Both the position numbers and the translations under genes were made by a program. From NCBI GenBank assembly GCA_964016885.1, contig OZ024750.1, positions 49,228,001-49,292,000 on the forward strand: a stretch of 64,000 nt of DNA. The letters are read 5' to 3'. The notes under the pieces are model-generated. The model saw only the letters and a list, made by a program, of their open reading frames with translations, was not told where the DNA came from and ran no database searches. Shown here one piece after another: positions 47,749 to 61,760 of this stretch; the first letter of the stretch is position 1; the number at the start of each line of letters is the position of its first letter. This stretch comes from Eledone cirrhosa (Eukaryota).

Positions 47749-49106
47749 CAGCACTGACTCTTTGTTCCCTTTTATATTAATACTATATATATATATATAT
47801 ATATAATTTCAGCGAGATCGAATTTCGACTGTATATATATATATTAGCTAATAAAATGGGAAATGTGATATATCTATAAATATATACACATATGGTCGAT
47901 CTTGAGAAAGGATTTTATATAATGATGCATATAGCATTGCAAAAAGATTCAATACGATATAGATAGAAAGCTGCAAAATCATATTTCGCTCAATTTTAAT
48001 ACCAAATTACGATGGAAAATGTTTCATAATATATTATATATACAACTGGAAAGATACGTTTTAACTGAAATAGATTTTGTTAAACATTTATGTTTATAGT
48101 GAATTCATAAATTCACTTCCGTAAGGAAACGGTTACACAATCAATTTAATTGCAGCTGAGAGCACGAGCTTTCCATTTATTTTCTTCAAACTACTGTTGT
48201 AATACATTCTTATATAATTGGTGGAGCTATTTGGGTAAAACAGAATATTTTGAAAGTGAATAAAATGTATGGGCTTTGGTTATTTTCTTGATTTTCCTCT
48301 ACATTTTAAATGTAATAACACTGCTGCATAAATGTATACACATATACAAATACACACACACAGACGCACACTTCACACATATATATAATATATATGTTGT
48401 TGTGTGTGTGTATGTGTGTGTGTGTCTGTTTGCGTGTTTGTTTATGTTTAGATATAGAGTTTGAAGGTATAAATATTTTGCTTAAAACTACCCATTAAAG
48501 ATAGGAAATTCACAACACAGAAAGCAAGATGAAGAACAACGAATATACTTGGAAATTATTTTACCAAAAATTTACATTAAATAAAAAACTTTAAAAAAAT
48601 ATTTCAACAGAATATATATAATACTCTGTTGTATCGGCAACATCGATATTTTTTAATGCTATGTTAAACGATTTGATTGTATTTTTGAATTCACTTTCTG
48701 ATTTTGAACATATACACTTAGTGAGATATTTAAAGGACAGATTGTAGCGGTTGGAAGTGTATCTACTGCTTATGATTCGAGAATGGGACACGACTGGAAT
48801 TTAGAATTTAGTGGGTAAATGCAGAAAAGAGAATAGAGAAGGTGGTTGTCAAGAAATTGATATACATGGATAGATAGTGAACAACACTTATTTGTCTTAT
48901 GAATCCGACTTTATTTCGAAAGACACACACACATAAATAATATATGTATTAGGAAAAATATGAAAAGCCATGGTACAGTATGTTTACAAAAAGAGTAAAC
49001 AGAGAAACATTATTTTACTGCTGTTTCGTATGGTGAATTATTAAATCTCACCGACTACCAGTAAACTTATTCCTCACTTTTTTCAAATACACACATATAT
49101 ATATAT

Positions 49107-50236
49107 AAGTAGAAGGAGTATATAATTTGTTGGAAGTCCGACAAATATAAATGTTTATAACTCATTTAGAGCACTCAACAGATACTGGAGTAAATATTCA
49201 ATGATATTAAATAAATGGAAACTATATTTATAAAACCATATTTATTTGATTATATATATTTCTAGGGTACCAAGACAACATTGGTACGCTTTCATCAGAT
49301 AACATACAAAGTTTGTTTTATAAATAGAGACATAGCCATGAAAATCATACCTTATCGGTTGGAAATTCACTGGATAGTGGAAATATATTAGGGATTATTA
49401 ACACTTATGTGTTAATATGCAAATGAATATGTAAATAATTGAAAAACAACCGTTTATGTAAACGACACTGGAGAAAGAGAGAGAGAAGATATATGGGGAG
49501 AAAGATAATATATATATATATATATATATACATACCTATGCTACCTCAGCATAATAAGGTAACCAAATATGAGGAGAAATGATCACCTACTCAGAGTAAA
49601 CTGGCAAGAAATGGCGAAAAGAAATAATCCTTCAGAATATTAAACTTCTCGGGGATAAAATCAAAACGAGGCAACATTATGTGTGCAAATAAACAAACTA
49701 TATTTTCTGCGCATTGTAAACCAGAAAAAAAACCGCAGAAAGTCCTCCAGATCGGCAGCCGCTCAATCAACTAGTCTAATATGTGGGTCACCACTAGAAA
49801 AAACACCTTCAGTGGGGTCACATAAACTACAAGAAAGAAAGCCGAATAGGTAACATACAAAAACCAGCTCCTTGTGAGAAAATCACATATCAACAGTAGA
49901 GATAATAGTCACCTCATCATAAATGCATGTAAAAACTTCGCTACAGTTATTCTAAATCACCTTATAATATCAAAAAGACCCAAATGAAACAAATTCTGAT
50001 AAATAGATTCATTTAAAGATGAGGATATCTATATTTGTGTGTGAGGAATTTCACCAGTCCGCCCTCCTGTCATATTACTCAATAATAACTAACTCCGTTC
50101 ACGTACCAGCAACAAGATTCAACATAAATGATGATGGATGATATGAATAACGTTGAGTGATTTTCTTAATATTACATCACAGTTGACTACACAGAATTGC
50201 CAGTTCTAAACAGTGGTGAACCAACAAACCTAAATG

Positions 50237-50271
<35 letters not shown>

Positions 50272-51269
50272 TGTGTGTGTCTGTGTGTATAATTGGTGTG
50301 GGATGCTTAATGCGTCCGTATGCGGTAGCCGTTTGAACACTGGATGCTCTTACATGAGAAAGCACTCGCGTACCGAAACACACCTTTATATAGATTCGGC
50401 AAGTTGTGTATTGACGAAATTTGTTATATACTTAAATATAAAAACTCTATTAATTTATTTAATTCTTGTAGACATCGCTAGAATATAACTTATAATTATA
50501 CTTATAATATTTCTACTTATTTCCATAACAATCTCATCCACTTGGTTTTAATATATTGATATCTCTAAACCATAATATCTATAACATTTGCTGTAATTCC
50601 ACTTCTTAAAGTTTCATAAAATATATACGTATATAATTCTAATCTTTTTTTTTATTTAAATTTAAATTTTAATAATTTTTATTTCTTTAAAAGTTACTTA
50701 TCTCATATAAATTAATTTTTTTTTAATTTTCTCAAATTTTTCAATATTTGTTCAATACTTTATCAATATTTTTTCAATATGTTTCAATAGATTTATAATC
50801 ACTAACTGATTCTTGCTAAATGTATCTTTCAACATCTATACTTATGTTGACTAAATAGTCTCACACTAACGAATAAATAAATTAAACCGTGTTTTTTCCG
50901 TATCTTCCCATTTTAAATCATATAAATATAAATACTCTTATTAACTCAGTTAATTTTATTTTATTTAACTTAATATTTATTTACATTAAAAACAAAAAAC
51001 AAAGTCCATCATAACTCATTAGAACAATTATCTATAACATGATATACCCATTTATTTATTTATGTATTTATTTATTTATTTATTTATCTACTTATAACAG
51101 AAGAAAATACATTATAAACAAATGTTAAACAACTAATGATCGTAAATACACCTTCTATTAAGATATATACTTAAAATATATTTCCCTTAAATTAACGTTA
51201 TAAGAGTTTTTATTCTTCTCTTGTTTCTTTCTTCCGTGTCTCTCTCTATCGCACTATTTTATCCCCCTC

Positions 51270-51351
<82 letters not shown>

Positions 51352-51690
51352 GTCGTTTAAATAAACGGTTGTTTTTCAATTATTTACATATTCATTTGCA
51401 TATTCACACTTATGTTTGAAAAATCTCTAATATATGTCTACTGTGCAGTTAATTTCCAACCGATAAGGTATGATTTTCATGGGTATGTCTCTATTTATAA
51501 AACAAATTTTGTATTTTATCTGATGAAAGCGTACCAATGTGTTTTGGTACCCTTCAAATATATATAATAAAATAAATATGGTTTTATAAATATAGTTTCA
51601 ATTTATTTAATATCAATTACTGTTGAGTGCTCTAAATCAGTTAAAACAGTTATATTTGTCGGGCCTCCAACAAATTAAATACCCCTTCTA

Positions 51691-51693
<3 letters not shown>
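49107..51693. mobile_element. Family A PLE 3' ends in inverted orientation (49107-49490, 51340-51693) with hammerheads at 49243-49306 (-) and 51512-51575 (+, CAAA)
   Basis: Arms are reverse complements. ~50400-50460 encodes KLCIDEICYILKY (PLE C-terminus), followed by 3' UTR. Confidence 0.85.
49950..50236 (+). mobile_element. Possible decayed LINE APE-endonuclease fragment
   Basis: ELPVLNSGEPT motif and an upstream ..TSPPS-like segment. Confidence 0.35.
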
Positions 51694-51736
<43 letters not shown>

Positions 51737-51907
51737 CAATATCGGAGAAAGCTTTTTAGCGATACTCCGGCCAAATTCCAACTCACTCAACAAACATTAG
51801 GAAATAAGTGATTATATTCCCAATTATGTGTTCGGGGTGCTAACTAAAAGTATTGCGTGGAAAATTGGCTGTATTATTTCAAATGAGACATATCTAATAT
51901 ATCTCTT

Positions 51908-52034
51908 CCCAGACGGACATCTCGTTTCATTATAGGATTCCTACAATTTGGGTGAAACTATACCAATTTATGTAGGAGCTTGTATACCATCAATAGATAT
52001 ATATTCAAGTGGGCTCATATAATTCATCAGAGGG
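51908..52034 (-). ncRNA. Hammerhead motif, unit 1
   Basis: CTGATGA attata...tataat GAAA cg agatgtc cg TC tggg. First stem I pair mismatched. Confidence 0.7.
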
Positions 52035-52611
52035 GCCCCAATAATACTAATATTGATAATCTAACCAACATCAGCATTTAGCGATAATCACTTTCTGTGC
52101 CTGAGGTATTTGTCAGGTTGCCAGTCCAGCAGTTCTGAAAGAAGTGCTCGAACTGATACAACAAATGAGGAAGTGAATTACCGCAAAAAAAAACAATACA
52201 TGCGCGTGACAATGAACTCTGAAAGGAATTCAGGCCACGTGCTAAGAACTCAATTGGAAATTGAAAAAAATTCTGTGTGTACAACATTTGATGACACACA
52301 CATATATTTTCTCGGGCAAAATAACAGAATGAGATATAAGGAACAATCAATATTCATATATACAAAATAAACAAAGAGATGCTAACCTCATATCGGGAAT
52401 TTTTTTCAAATCTGCTGCGCCAAGAGTAAGTAAATAAATACAATATCGGAGAAAGCTTTTTAGGGATACTCCAGCCAAATTCCAACTCACTCAACAAACA
52501 TTAGGAAATAAGTGATTATATTCCCAATTATGTGTTCGGGGTGCTAACTAAAAGTATTGCGTGGAAAATTGGCTGTATTATTTCAAATGAGACATATCTA
52601 ATATATCTCTT

Positions 52612-52738
52612 CCCAGACGGACGTCTCGTTTCATTATAGGATTCATACAATTTGGGTGAAATTATACCAATTTATGTAGGAGCTTGTATACCATCAATAG
52701 ATATATATTCAAGTGGGCTCCTATAATTCATCAGTGGG
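52612..52738 (-). ncRNA. Hammerhead motif, unit 2
   Basis: ccca CTGATGA attatagga...tcctataat GAAA cg agacgtc cg TC tggg. GUC site. Confidence 0.85.
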
Positions 52739-53299
52739 TACCCCAATAATACTAATATTGATAATCTAACCAACATCAGCATTTAGCGATAATCACTTTC
52801 TCTGCCTGAGGTATCTGTCAGGTTGCCAGTCAAGCAGTTCTGAAAGAAGTGCTCGAACTGATTCAGAAAATGAGGAAGTGAATCACCGCCAAAAAAAACA
52901 ATACATGCGCGTGACAATGAACTCTGAACGGAATTCAGGCCATGTGCTAAGAACTCAATTGGAAATTGAAAAAATATCTATGTGTGTACAATATTTGATG
53001 ACACACACAGATATTTTCTCGGGCAAAATAACAGAATGAGATATAATGAACAATCAATATTCATATATAAAAAATAAACAAAGAAATTCTAACCTCAGAC
53101 CGGGAATTTTTTTCAAATCTGCTGCGCCAAGAGTAAGTAAATAAATACAATATCGGAGAAAGCTTTTTAGCGAGACGCCGTCCAAATTCCAACTCACTCA
53201 ACAAACATTAAGAAATAAGTGATTATATTCCCAATTATGTGTTCGGGGTGCTAACTAAAAGTATTGCGTGGAAAAGTGGCTATATATATATATATATAT

Positions 53300-55824
53300 A
53301 TAAAGAATAAAAAAGAACAGAAAGATGCAGTAAAAGAAATTTATTCGGTTCTAACGTACGTTTCAATAGACATCAATTTGCCTAAATCTCTCTGCATCTA
53401 TAATATTATATAGTTAGTAGAGCATTCGACATCGAATGCACAATCGATTCCATATCATCAGAGATTATGTTTACCGTACCAGAATGTTAAGTTGAAGTAG
53501 AGAAGAAGGAGGATGTGACAATGACGAGAGATATAGGGGGGTTTTTCATGGTTTTTGAGGTAAAAAAATGTATCCAATTCGACATAAACGACTACTACTC
53601 TTCCATATCACCCGATACCCTGCATAAGACCCTACTGTTTGCCGGAGAGAATTCTGACCTAACCGACGCGGAAATAGGCATCATCCTTGAGGCCAGAAAA
53701 ACCATAATTAAGTTCGACGATAGCTACTGGGTGCGCAAAGATCGACCATCTTTCTTTGATATCACGATGGGCTCAAACGATTCGGCCGAAGTTACAGGCG
53801 TAGTGGGAATCTTCATCGCTCAAGCACTAGAGAAAAAATTCCGCAATCTACAAGGGTGAATCTACCGCGTCGATGCGCTCCTTTTAGCTAAACACCTAAA
53901 CAACCAGAAAATAGAAATATTACGTAAGCAAGTTAGCGAATTTTTAAACGGTGTTGGTTTTAGCATTACTTTTGAGTACAACTGACTGAAACAAATTTCT
54001 TGGCTGTAACATTTAATCTAGAGACGGGGGAAATCCGCCCATTCCAAAAATCTAATGAAAATATTATGTATGTTGACCATAAATCTAATAATCCACCCTC
54101 GGTTATACGGTCTATCCCTCGGGCCATCTCCCTTAGAATATCACGCCTGTCATCTATCCCCCTGGTCTTTAGTGAGCACGCTTACTACTATAACAACGCG
54201 CTTAAGGCGCCTGGATACCAAGACAAAATAGAGTACATAGATCCACCACACCAATATAGAAATAAGGGCTCACAACGCACTAGCATAAACAATAATATAG
54301 GTACGATACACAACATACACTTTCCGCACAGGCATAGTCGAAATAGAAGCACACAACCCAACCTAGCTAGAAAGCGGAATCGTAGCTACCTTTGGTACAA
54401 CCCAATATACAGTGCCTCAACATCTCCTAAGATTTCTTCACTTTTCTTCAATTTAATCAAAACACATTTTCCTCCTGCACATCGATACGCTAAAATACTA
54501 AATCTAATGTCCATTAAGCTTTCATATTCTACAGCACCCAATCTCGATCTAATTATTAAAAAACTTAACTCCAAACGATTAGTCAGCACATCCACACGAA
54601 GCACCCCAAACTACATTAACACTTCCTCAATCTCTCAACCACTGAATGTAAACCCTCCTGCAGCAGACACACATATAAACCTAACGCAACCTGTACAAGA
54701 TAATAATACTACAAGAGCTGATAAGTGCAACTGCAACCTACCTGATCGTTGCCCTCTGAATAACAAATGCATGGAATCCAATATGGTGTATCAATGCACC
54801 GTTGAATCGGATAACCGGAGATGGCACCATATCGGCTGTACCTCTACCACTTTTAAATCTCGTTGGTACCAACACCGTAGTTCGATGAAGAACATCAAAT
54901 ACCGTTCCGTAACTACCTTAGCCAATACAATTTGGCAGTTGCGTGAAAGTAACCTGCAATACACTTTGAAATGGACAAAACTCTCTAGTGCTTCCGCATA
55001 TCGTGCAGGCCAGCCTTACTGCCGATTATGCAATATGGAGCTATTTTACATACTAAAATCGAATTATACTCTTCTCAACAACAGAACAGAAAGGACTCTA
55101 TATTGCAATCACAGACTCAAGACTACGTTCTCGAAATACAAACCTGGCTTGATTTGATCCCGCGACTTCTGCTTTCCTCTATCTTCCTTCTACTTCCTCT
55201 ATCTGTCCCCATGGATTATTGCTATGCCTTCTATTGACCACATCTCCCCTATTCAACATCTCCTCCTACATACTTTACAAGTCACTCGGCCTAATCTCCC
55301 CTGCCTCCATCTATCATAGATCATAAACCTATCAACGTCTACCATCTCCCTAGCACACACACAGTTGGACTAGTACATATCCAGACTTGATTATCGTATT
55401 TTATCCTCCCCTCTGTTTTACCTCAACAACGTCTTTGTCACATCCTCCTTCTTCTCTACTTCAACTTCACATGAATTCCTATAAAAACCTGAACATTCTG
55501 GTACGGTAAACATAATCTCTGGTGATATGGAATCGATTGTGTATTGGATGTCGAATGCTCTACTAACTATATAATATTATAGATGCAGCGAGATCTAGGC
55601 AAATTGATGTCTATTGAAACTTACGTTAGAACCGAATAAATCTCTTTTACTGCATCTTTCTGTTCTTTTTTATTCTTTATACACGCCCCAGAGTATAGCT
55701 AAACAGGAATATACACCTATTTTCTGCATTTCCTTGAGCACCACTCTGTTGTAAGCTGACCTTCCACTACACGGTACATAACACTGTGTCCTGGAAAACC
55801 TTAATGCACTCGTGCATAACCAAT
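53300..55824 (+). mobile_element. 5'-truncated Penelope-like element (RT plus GIY-YIG) with inverted terminal repeat
   Basis: IQFDINDYYSSIS, FDITMGSNDSAEV, WYNPIYS, CNCNLPDRCPL, VYQC..HIGCT..FKSRW, CRLC..E..IL..LLNNR.E..CNH. 53300-53520 inverts 55435-55681. Confidence 0.93.
53346..53476 (-). ncRNA. Hammerhead motif with long branched stem II (mutated twin at 55504-55634 on +)
   Basis: tct CTGATGA tatgga...tctatt GAAA cgtacg TT aga, with distal cggt/accg pairing. Confidence 0.65.
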
Positions 55825-55869
55825 TATATATATATATATATAGGAACGAGTAGGACCCCGACGGCTGAG

Positions 55870-56003
55870 CTCATGATGTGGTTCTGGAATGGAGATAGCA
55901 TCTGAAGTGACCTTGTCATCCAATTAACACAGTCGAGACAATATAAGAGAACTGGCAGGATGTAAATATTGAAGATCTTAACCTTCAAAGATAGAAAACT
56001 CAA
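55870..56003 (-). mobile_element. Short LINE fragment related to 57766-57897
   Basis: Strong direct similarity (TCATGATGTGGTTCTGGAATG...GAAAACTCA). Confidence 0.75.
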
Positions 56004-56882
56004 GCAATATATATATATATATTATTTGTTTCCTTTACCGTTAAAACCGGTCTTGTGCTTTTGAAATGCATAATGATACACCCGTCTGTCCTATGTAGTC
56101 ATGTCGACAGCTACCGCATGTGATTACGTAGATCAGGTTCTCTAATTGCAAGGGAGGTTGTTTTTAGCTGTGAACGTTTGGCCATCTTTAAACGTGAATG
56201 TTTGTCCTTCAATTAAGTATAGGCATGTGCCACAGTTTGTAATCACCAATCCGGGCGTTTGCCATCAACAATGTCGAATTCAGCTGTTTCTGTTTATGAC
56301 AAGATGCCAGTCACCGCAAGGCTCCTTCTCATTATTCTGTTCATAACGTCGTTTTCAGGAACCAATCTGCACTATTGTGGTGGGAAAGGAACAGCAGACT
56401 GGCCAAACAACAACATTTCAGCCCATCACACATGTGGTGGCATAGTTGCTGATTTGCCCAGATGCTATTGTACATATCATCATAAATGGCTATGGCTGAT
56501 GACAAGGGCACCGAATTGAGTCATACGTCGCTTTTCCCATACGATGCAGAATGGTGTCTGCTGAAACGCCTGAATGTTGATCTGCACTTGATGATGTCCT
56601 CACCGTGTTGAACATATTCACAATAGGGAGTGGTGAGGCCAATGTCAGAGCTATTAACCTGAAATGATTCCAGTTCCCGGTCCACTCTCGGTTTGACTGT
56701 CTTGTACTGGGGCACGTTGATTTGTGTGTGGGTAGAGTAGATTGACCATAGGTAAGCCGTTATCCCCATGACACACGTTGATCTGATGCCGAGGACACAT
56801 AAATTCATTTTCGAGTTTTGACTTTTGCCAGTCGGCGCTCTCGAAAACAACATTGCGTGCGTGTGTGTCGGTGTATTACCAG

Positions 56883-56924
<42 letters not shown>

Positions 56925-56932
56925 CATACATA

Positions 56933-56979
<47 letters not shown>

Positions 56980-57469
56980 GCACGTGTGATTTTTTTCCCC
57001 TTTTTTCCCCATTGTTCCGTTCCTTTATCATCTATTTCTAAATATATCTTCTGATGGATGGCTAATGTCCGATACGCTAAGTCTCTCTTCCTGCTATTTC
57101 AAGCTTTAAACTAATTTATTTCTGCTATGTACTGTGTCGTTTACTTTTTTATTTCCGTTTACCATTTACACACTACACTCACACACACACACGCACACAG
57201 CACAATAACACACGCACATTAACACACACACTCACAAGGACCCTAACGAACACACACACACATGTCCAATCCCACTCTTTAAACATCGAATGTATTTGCC
57301 CATAAAGAAGGACTGGTCTACATCATTGGATGCAAACTAAGTCGCAGGTTTTATATGAGACTGACCTTCTATTAGAGAGATGATTTAATGAAGACTATTT
57401 GTACCCCACCCCACAAAAAATAACATTTATATATAAATTATATATGTTTTACTTTTATTTATTTTGGCA

Positions 57470-58460
57470 GTTGCAGGCGGCGCATCATCAAAAGACATTA
57501 TTCTCTACAAAGTTCGATCATCAACAGAGTTTATAGAACAAACTTCGCGTCCAGTCCATATGTTGATATTATCAAGCCATCGTTTTGGCTGCCGGTCTTT
57601 ACTTCTTTTACCAGCCAACCTTCCTTTTAGGTATAACCTACTCACACCACGAGTTGATCTTCTGATATGACGGTATAGTTTGAGTATTATTGGCTTGTCA
57701 ATTGATGTAATTGGTTTAAGTTTGGTAATGTTGAGCAGCTCACTGATACAGGTACGGTGACCAGTCATGATGTGGTTCTGGAATGTAGATAGCATCTGAA
57801 GTGACCTTGTCATCCAATTAACATAGTCGAGACAATATAAGACAACTGGTAGGATGTAAATATTGAAGATCTTAGCCATCGAAGATTGAAAACTCATCTT
57901 GATGTCAGTACTTCCTTATTCCTAGAGCGATGCGATATTGCGCAGGAACCATTCCATTGTTGTTTGATGATAGTTTGTGACAGATATATACAGACTCCGG
58001 AACTTGAGCAATTTGGTGGTTGTAGATTGTGAGTTGCAGATTGGCATTGTTTTTATCAGTCGTCATACACTTCATTTTGGAGATGTTGATGTGTAAGCCA
58101 GTCTCCAGCGAATGTTTGGCCAGTACATTCAGAAATTCTTGCAGATCATTTCTATAGTAACTCATGATGACCAGATCCTCTTCTAAGATTTGATAGGATT
58201 TTACCTCCTATTTGACAGCCAGAGAAGCATTCTTCCTCAGTTTGGTAGATAAATGCAGCTATAACTATACAGAAAAGTAGTGCTGATAGTAACCCCCCTG
58301 CTTACCTCCCTTCAATATATCTATATAAAGTGTAGTTCCTAAATATGTTCTGACATATGCTGTTAAGTTGGTGTAAGTTTTATTCGGTAGGTTGATGTAT
58401 TTTTTGCTAATTGAGGTCTTGTTTAAGAGTTGCCACAATAACTGCATTATTCTTTCCAGG
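57470..58460 (-). mobile_element. Decayed RTE-like LINE RT/3' region
   Basis: KGGKQG, GLHINISKMKCM, IFNIYILPVVLY, KLYRHIRR, GRLAGKRSKDRQPKRWLDNI. Confidence 0.85.
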
Positions 58461-58785
58461 GATTGTGTTAAAAAATAAAATTCGTTTGTTCATTCTATGA
58501 GAGTACCTTGGTGAGTATATGAACTGCTCCGTCGACTTTCATATAGAGAGAGCTGGGAATAAATGGATCAGGTGTAATGGTCTGTTCTTGTATTGTCATA
58601 AAATGTATGAATCATTTTGGGAATCAAATATATGATGTTGTAAACGTAAACATGAGGCGAAATCCCTAGCTACTAAACCAGCTGACTTCACAATGATTTC
58701 TAACCATGTACTTGATGAATGACTAACAAACTCTGTATAGAATCTATATAATTGAATCTATATATTGTTTCGAAATATTGAAATA

Positions 58786-58962
58786 ATGGTTTCTACTTTA
58801 GGCACAAGGCCAGCAATTACACAGTGCATTACTGGTACTTTCTTTTATCGACCCCTTACGGATGAAAGGCAAAGTCAACCTCGGCGGGATTTGAACTCAG
58901 ATCGTAAAGGGACGTAATTATGCTGGAAAGCATGGCGTCCGACCCTCTACCGATACTGGTCA
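58786..58962 (-). mobile_element. tRNA-derived SINE
   Basis: Same family as 26745. Confidence 0.88.
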
Positions 58963-58984
58963 CTATTACTAACACATATTATAT

Positions 58985-59155
58985 AGAGAGTGTCGGACGC
59001 CATGCTTTGACGCATAGAGTTACGGGCCTTGCCATTCTGAGTTCAAATCCCACCGACGTTAACTTTGTCTTTCATCCTTACGGGGTCGATAAAATAAAGT
59101 ATCAGTAATGCAATAGTTTATTGCTGGCCTTGTGCCAAAAAGTAGAAACAATTAT
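58985..59155 (+). mobile_element. tRNA-derived SINE
   Basis: Same family, head-to-head with the previous copy. Confidence 0.88.
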
Positions 59156-59227
59156 ATAGAGATAATCACCAAACGCATACACAAGCACACATACACAGAC
59201 ACACATACTGACCCAAACACACATTAT

Positions 59228-59299
<72 letters not shown>

Positions 59300-59326
59300 C
59301 ACACTCGCACACACACGTATTCACAG

Positions 59327-59413
<87 letters not shown>

Positions 59414-61244
59414 AATGTATGCGTGTATGTGTGTGAAACATTAATTTATAATTTGCTATAGAAAGTATACCCGTCGGGCAATGAATCTCTGTAATACTAA
59501 TATACATATATTTGTGTGGGCGTGGGTGGGCGTGTATATGCGTGTTTGTATTAATATGTATGTATATATTTACATACACACACTCATGCAATGCTTTCCC
59601 ACAGACGCAGACGTATACAGAGCCATACACACATAGTTATACCCACCCACACGATGACAGAGAAAGGAGATGTAGTTTAAGAGAGCATAAAGGAAAAAAA
59701 AAACTGTATCAGACATACATACATTCTTCAAAGTATTCTTGAAAGAATAACATACTCTGCATGAGGTTACTCAGTACGTTTCAAGGCACGAATGCTAATT
59801 ATATACGTTGTATTTTATATATCATGAATAATTTAATCAATACACTTTCTGTTATTGTTCAACACAAACGAGACGACGAATAGTTAAAATATACATCTTT
59901 GAAAAACATAATGTTATCAATATGTTTCCGCCATTCAGAAAATAGTTACACTCTAATGTGTTGGACATTCTTCCGTTCCAGCGACCATTGTTCCTGTTGA
60001 TTTGATCAATGGAATCATAAACGTTAAAGAATATTGAATAATATATCGATATCTATGTTGGATCTCAGTCGGTTTCCGCCTATGAGTACTCCAGTTGAAA
60101 TGATCGGGGGAAATATTTGCTCGTGTATTGCATAGACACATGGGATCTTAACTGACTTCTCCGAGAGATAGAGAATTATACAATACTTGACAAAGATGGC
60201 CGTTGAATTAAAGTCAAAATATATTTGTTTCCATCTGTCTCGACTTGTGTAACGTATAGGAAAATTGTTTTGCTTAAGAAGCAATTCTCTAACTTACCAT
60301 CGTAAAGCGAACATTTTAAGCAAGGAACCCCGTCAACTGAACACTTGACAATGAAGGAATTTCTATCAACACTAGAGTCATATCGGTAATATAATTGTAG
60401 AGTTTGAACACGGAAGAGCCAAATACTCAATGTCATCGCCTCCATCTCTCTGGCCCTCCACATCTCTCTGTATTGTGAGCTAATGGGGTCCCATGTACTG
60501 GCCGTCCTACAGCTCCGGCGGACAGAATGTAGAAGGCGTTTCCCCATGCCACTGTGAATAAAATGTAAAGAAATAAAAAATATATACATACATAAACAAC
60601 GCTTTTAAAACATAAATGAAAATAAATTAATAAATTCACACGGTTAATTTCATATTTCATTCACAAACGCTATAAATAGGTTATTAAAGAAAGCAACGAT
60701 TTCAAACAAAGAAAAGTATTATACATTTGGCAGAAAGAAAGATGATATGGTGAAACGAACACACAGATTTGTACAAGGACACAGCTGATGTCAAGTATGT
60801 GTGTGTGTCTGCGTATGTGTGTGTTTGTGTATGTGCGTATGTTTGTGTGCGTGTGTGTGTAAGTGTGTGTGTGAATATGTACGTGAACCTTTTACCCTAT
60901 AGTTCTTTGCCATTTTGAAATGTTTTTCACTCTGCCATTCCACTCTCTATGTATACTCGCTTTCAAACAATAGCTTCATTATCTCCTTCTCTCTCTTTTT
61001 CAATCACTATGTTCGAAAATCTTATATAGGATGCACTAACCAACATATGGGGTGTTGGATATTCGGTATATTTATTGTTCTCAAATATTTAAAAACCTGT
61101 ATTTAATTACATTTAATTTACCGTATTTTATCCTTAATGTATACAATAATGTCGCATTTATATGTTAGCCGACAATTACCGAAATATTTGATATAATAAA
61201 CAGGTTTATAATATATAAGTATATATGTATTATTGTGATTATCT

Positions 61245-61760
61245 CTAGCTTAGTGGCTTAGGTATTCGTCGTATTCGTTCTACAATTGTAAACTTCTCGT
61301 TTCGATTTTCAAGTTCCTTGAGAAAAGAACTTCATTTCACGTTACTCCAGTTTAATTCGCCGCCAAAAAAAAAAGACTTGCGCCTGTAATCTACGTGGTT
61401 ATACTGAAATGATACTTCGCCAAGCTGAATCTCCCCGAGAATAAGCTTTACAGGACAAACATTACTCTATATTTATTATAATATTTTCACGGTAAACACT
61501 TTCTTGAATAATTAGCTCACATAATATCGAATCTATGAGATCTTGATATTATTTACCTTGAGAACAAACATCAATATAAACATGAGTGGCCGGTTACGGC
61601 CGATTACGGCCGGTTTGAAGAGAAAGAGGTGGGAGATTCTGGCCGGATAAGGTCGGTTCAAATGCTAAAGTTTTATTAGTACAAGTGTCTGTTTGAAGTA
61701 ACTTTTCCATTGATTGAAACAGCTGGGATACCTGTCACTGGCAACGACGGATGTCCAACA
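61245..61760 (+). mobile_element. Old, interrupted CORE-like SINE
   Basis: TAGCTTAGTGG head and TCCTTGAG..ACTTCATTTCACGTT(A)CTCC segment resembling 312-345. Confidence 0.5.

Larger units (their letters stand above)
51732..53281 (-). repeat. ~705-bp non-coding tandem repeat (2.2 units), one hammerhead per full unit; retrozyme-like
   Basis: Unit starts at 51732, 52436 and 53143 (704 and 707 bp). Both ends abut (TA)n. Confidence 0.93.

Noticed and set aside
53857-53859. In-frame TGA in a PLE ORF as possible selenocysteine (known in Naiad PLEs)
   Set aside because: It falls at a Gly position of GGLYRDD, not a Cys, in a copy with other lesions; a simple nonsense mutation.
56040-56860. GC-richer block, possibly a decayed LTR-retrotransposon pol
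   Set aside because: Only vague motif echoes; needs a translated search.
60176-60560. Cys-containing minus-strand ORF, possibly an L1/Tx1 C-terminus
   Set aside because: Similarity too weak to support a call.
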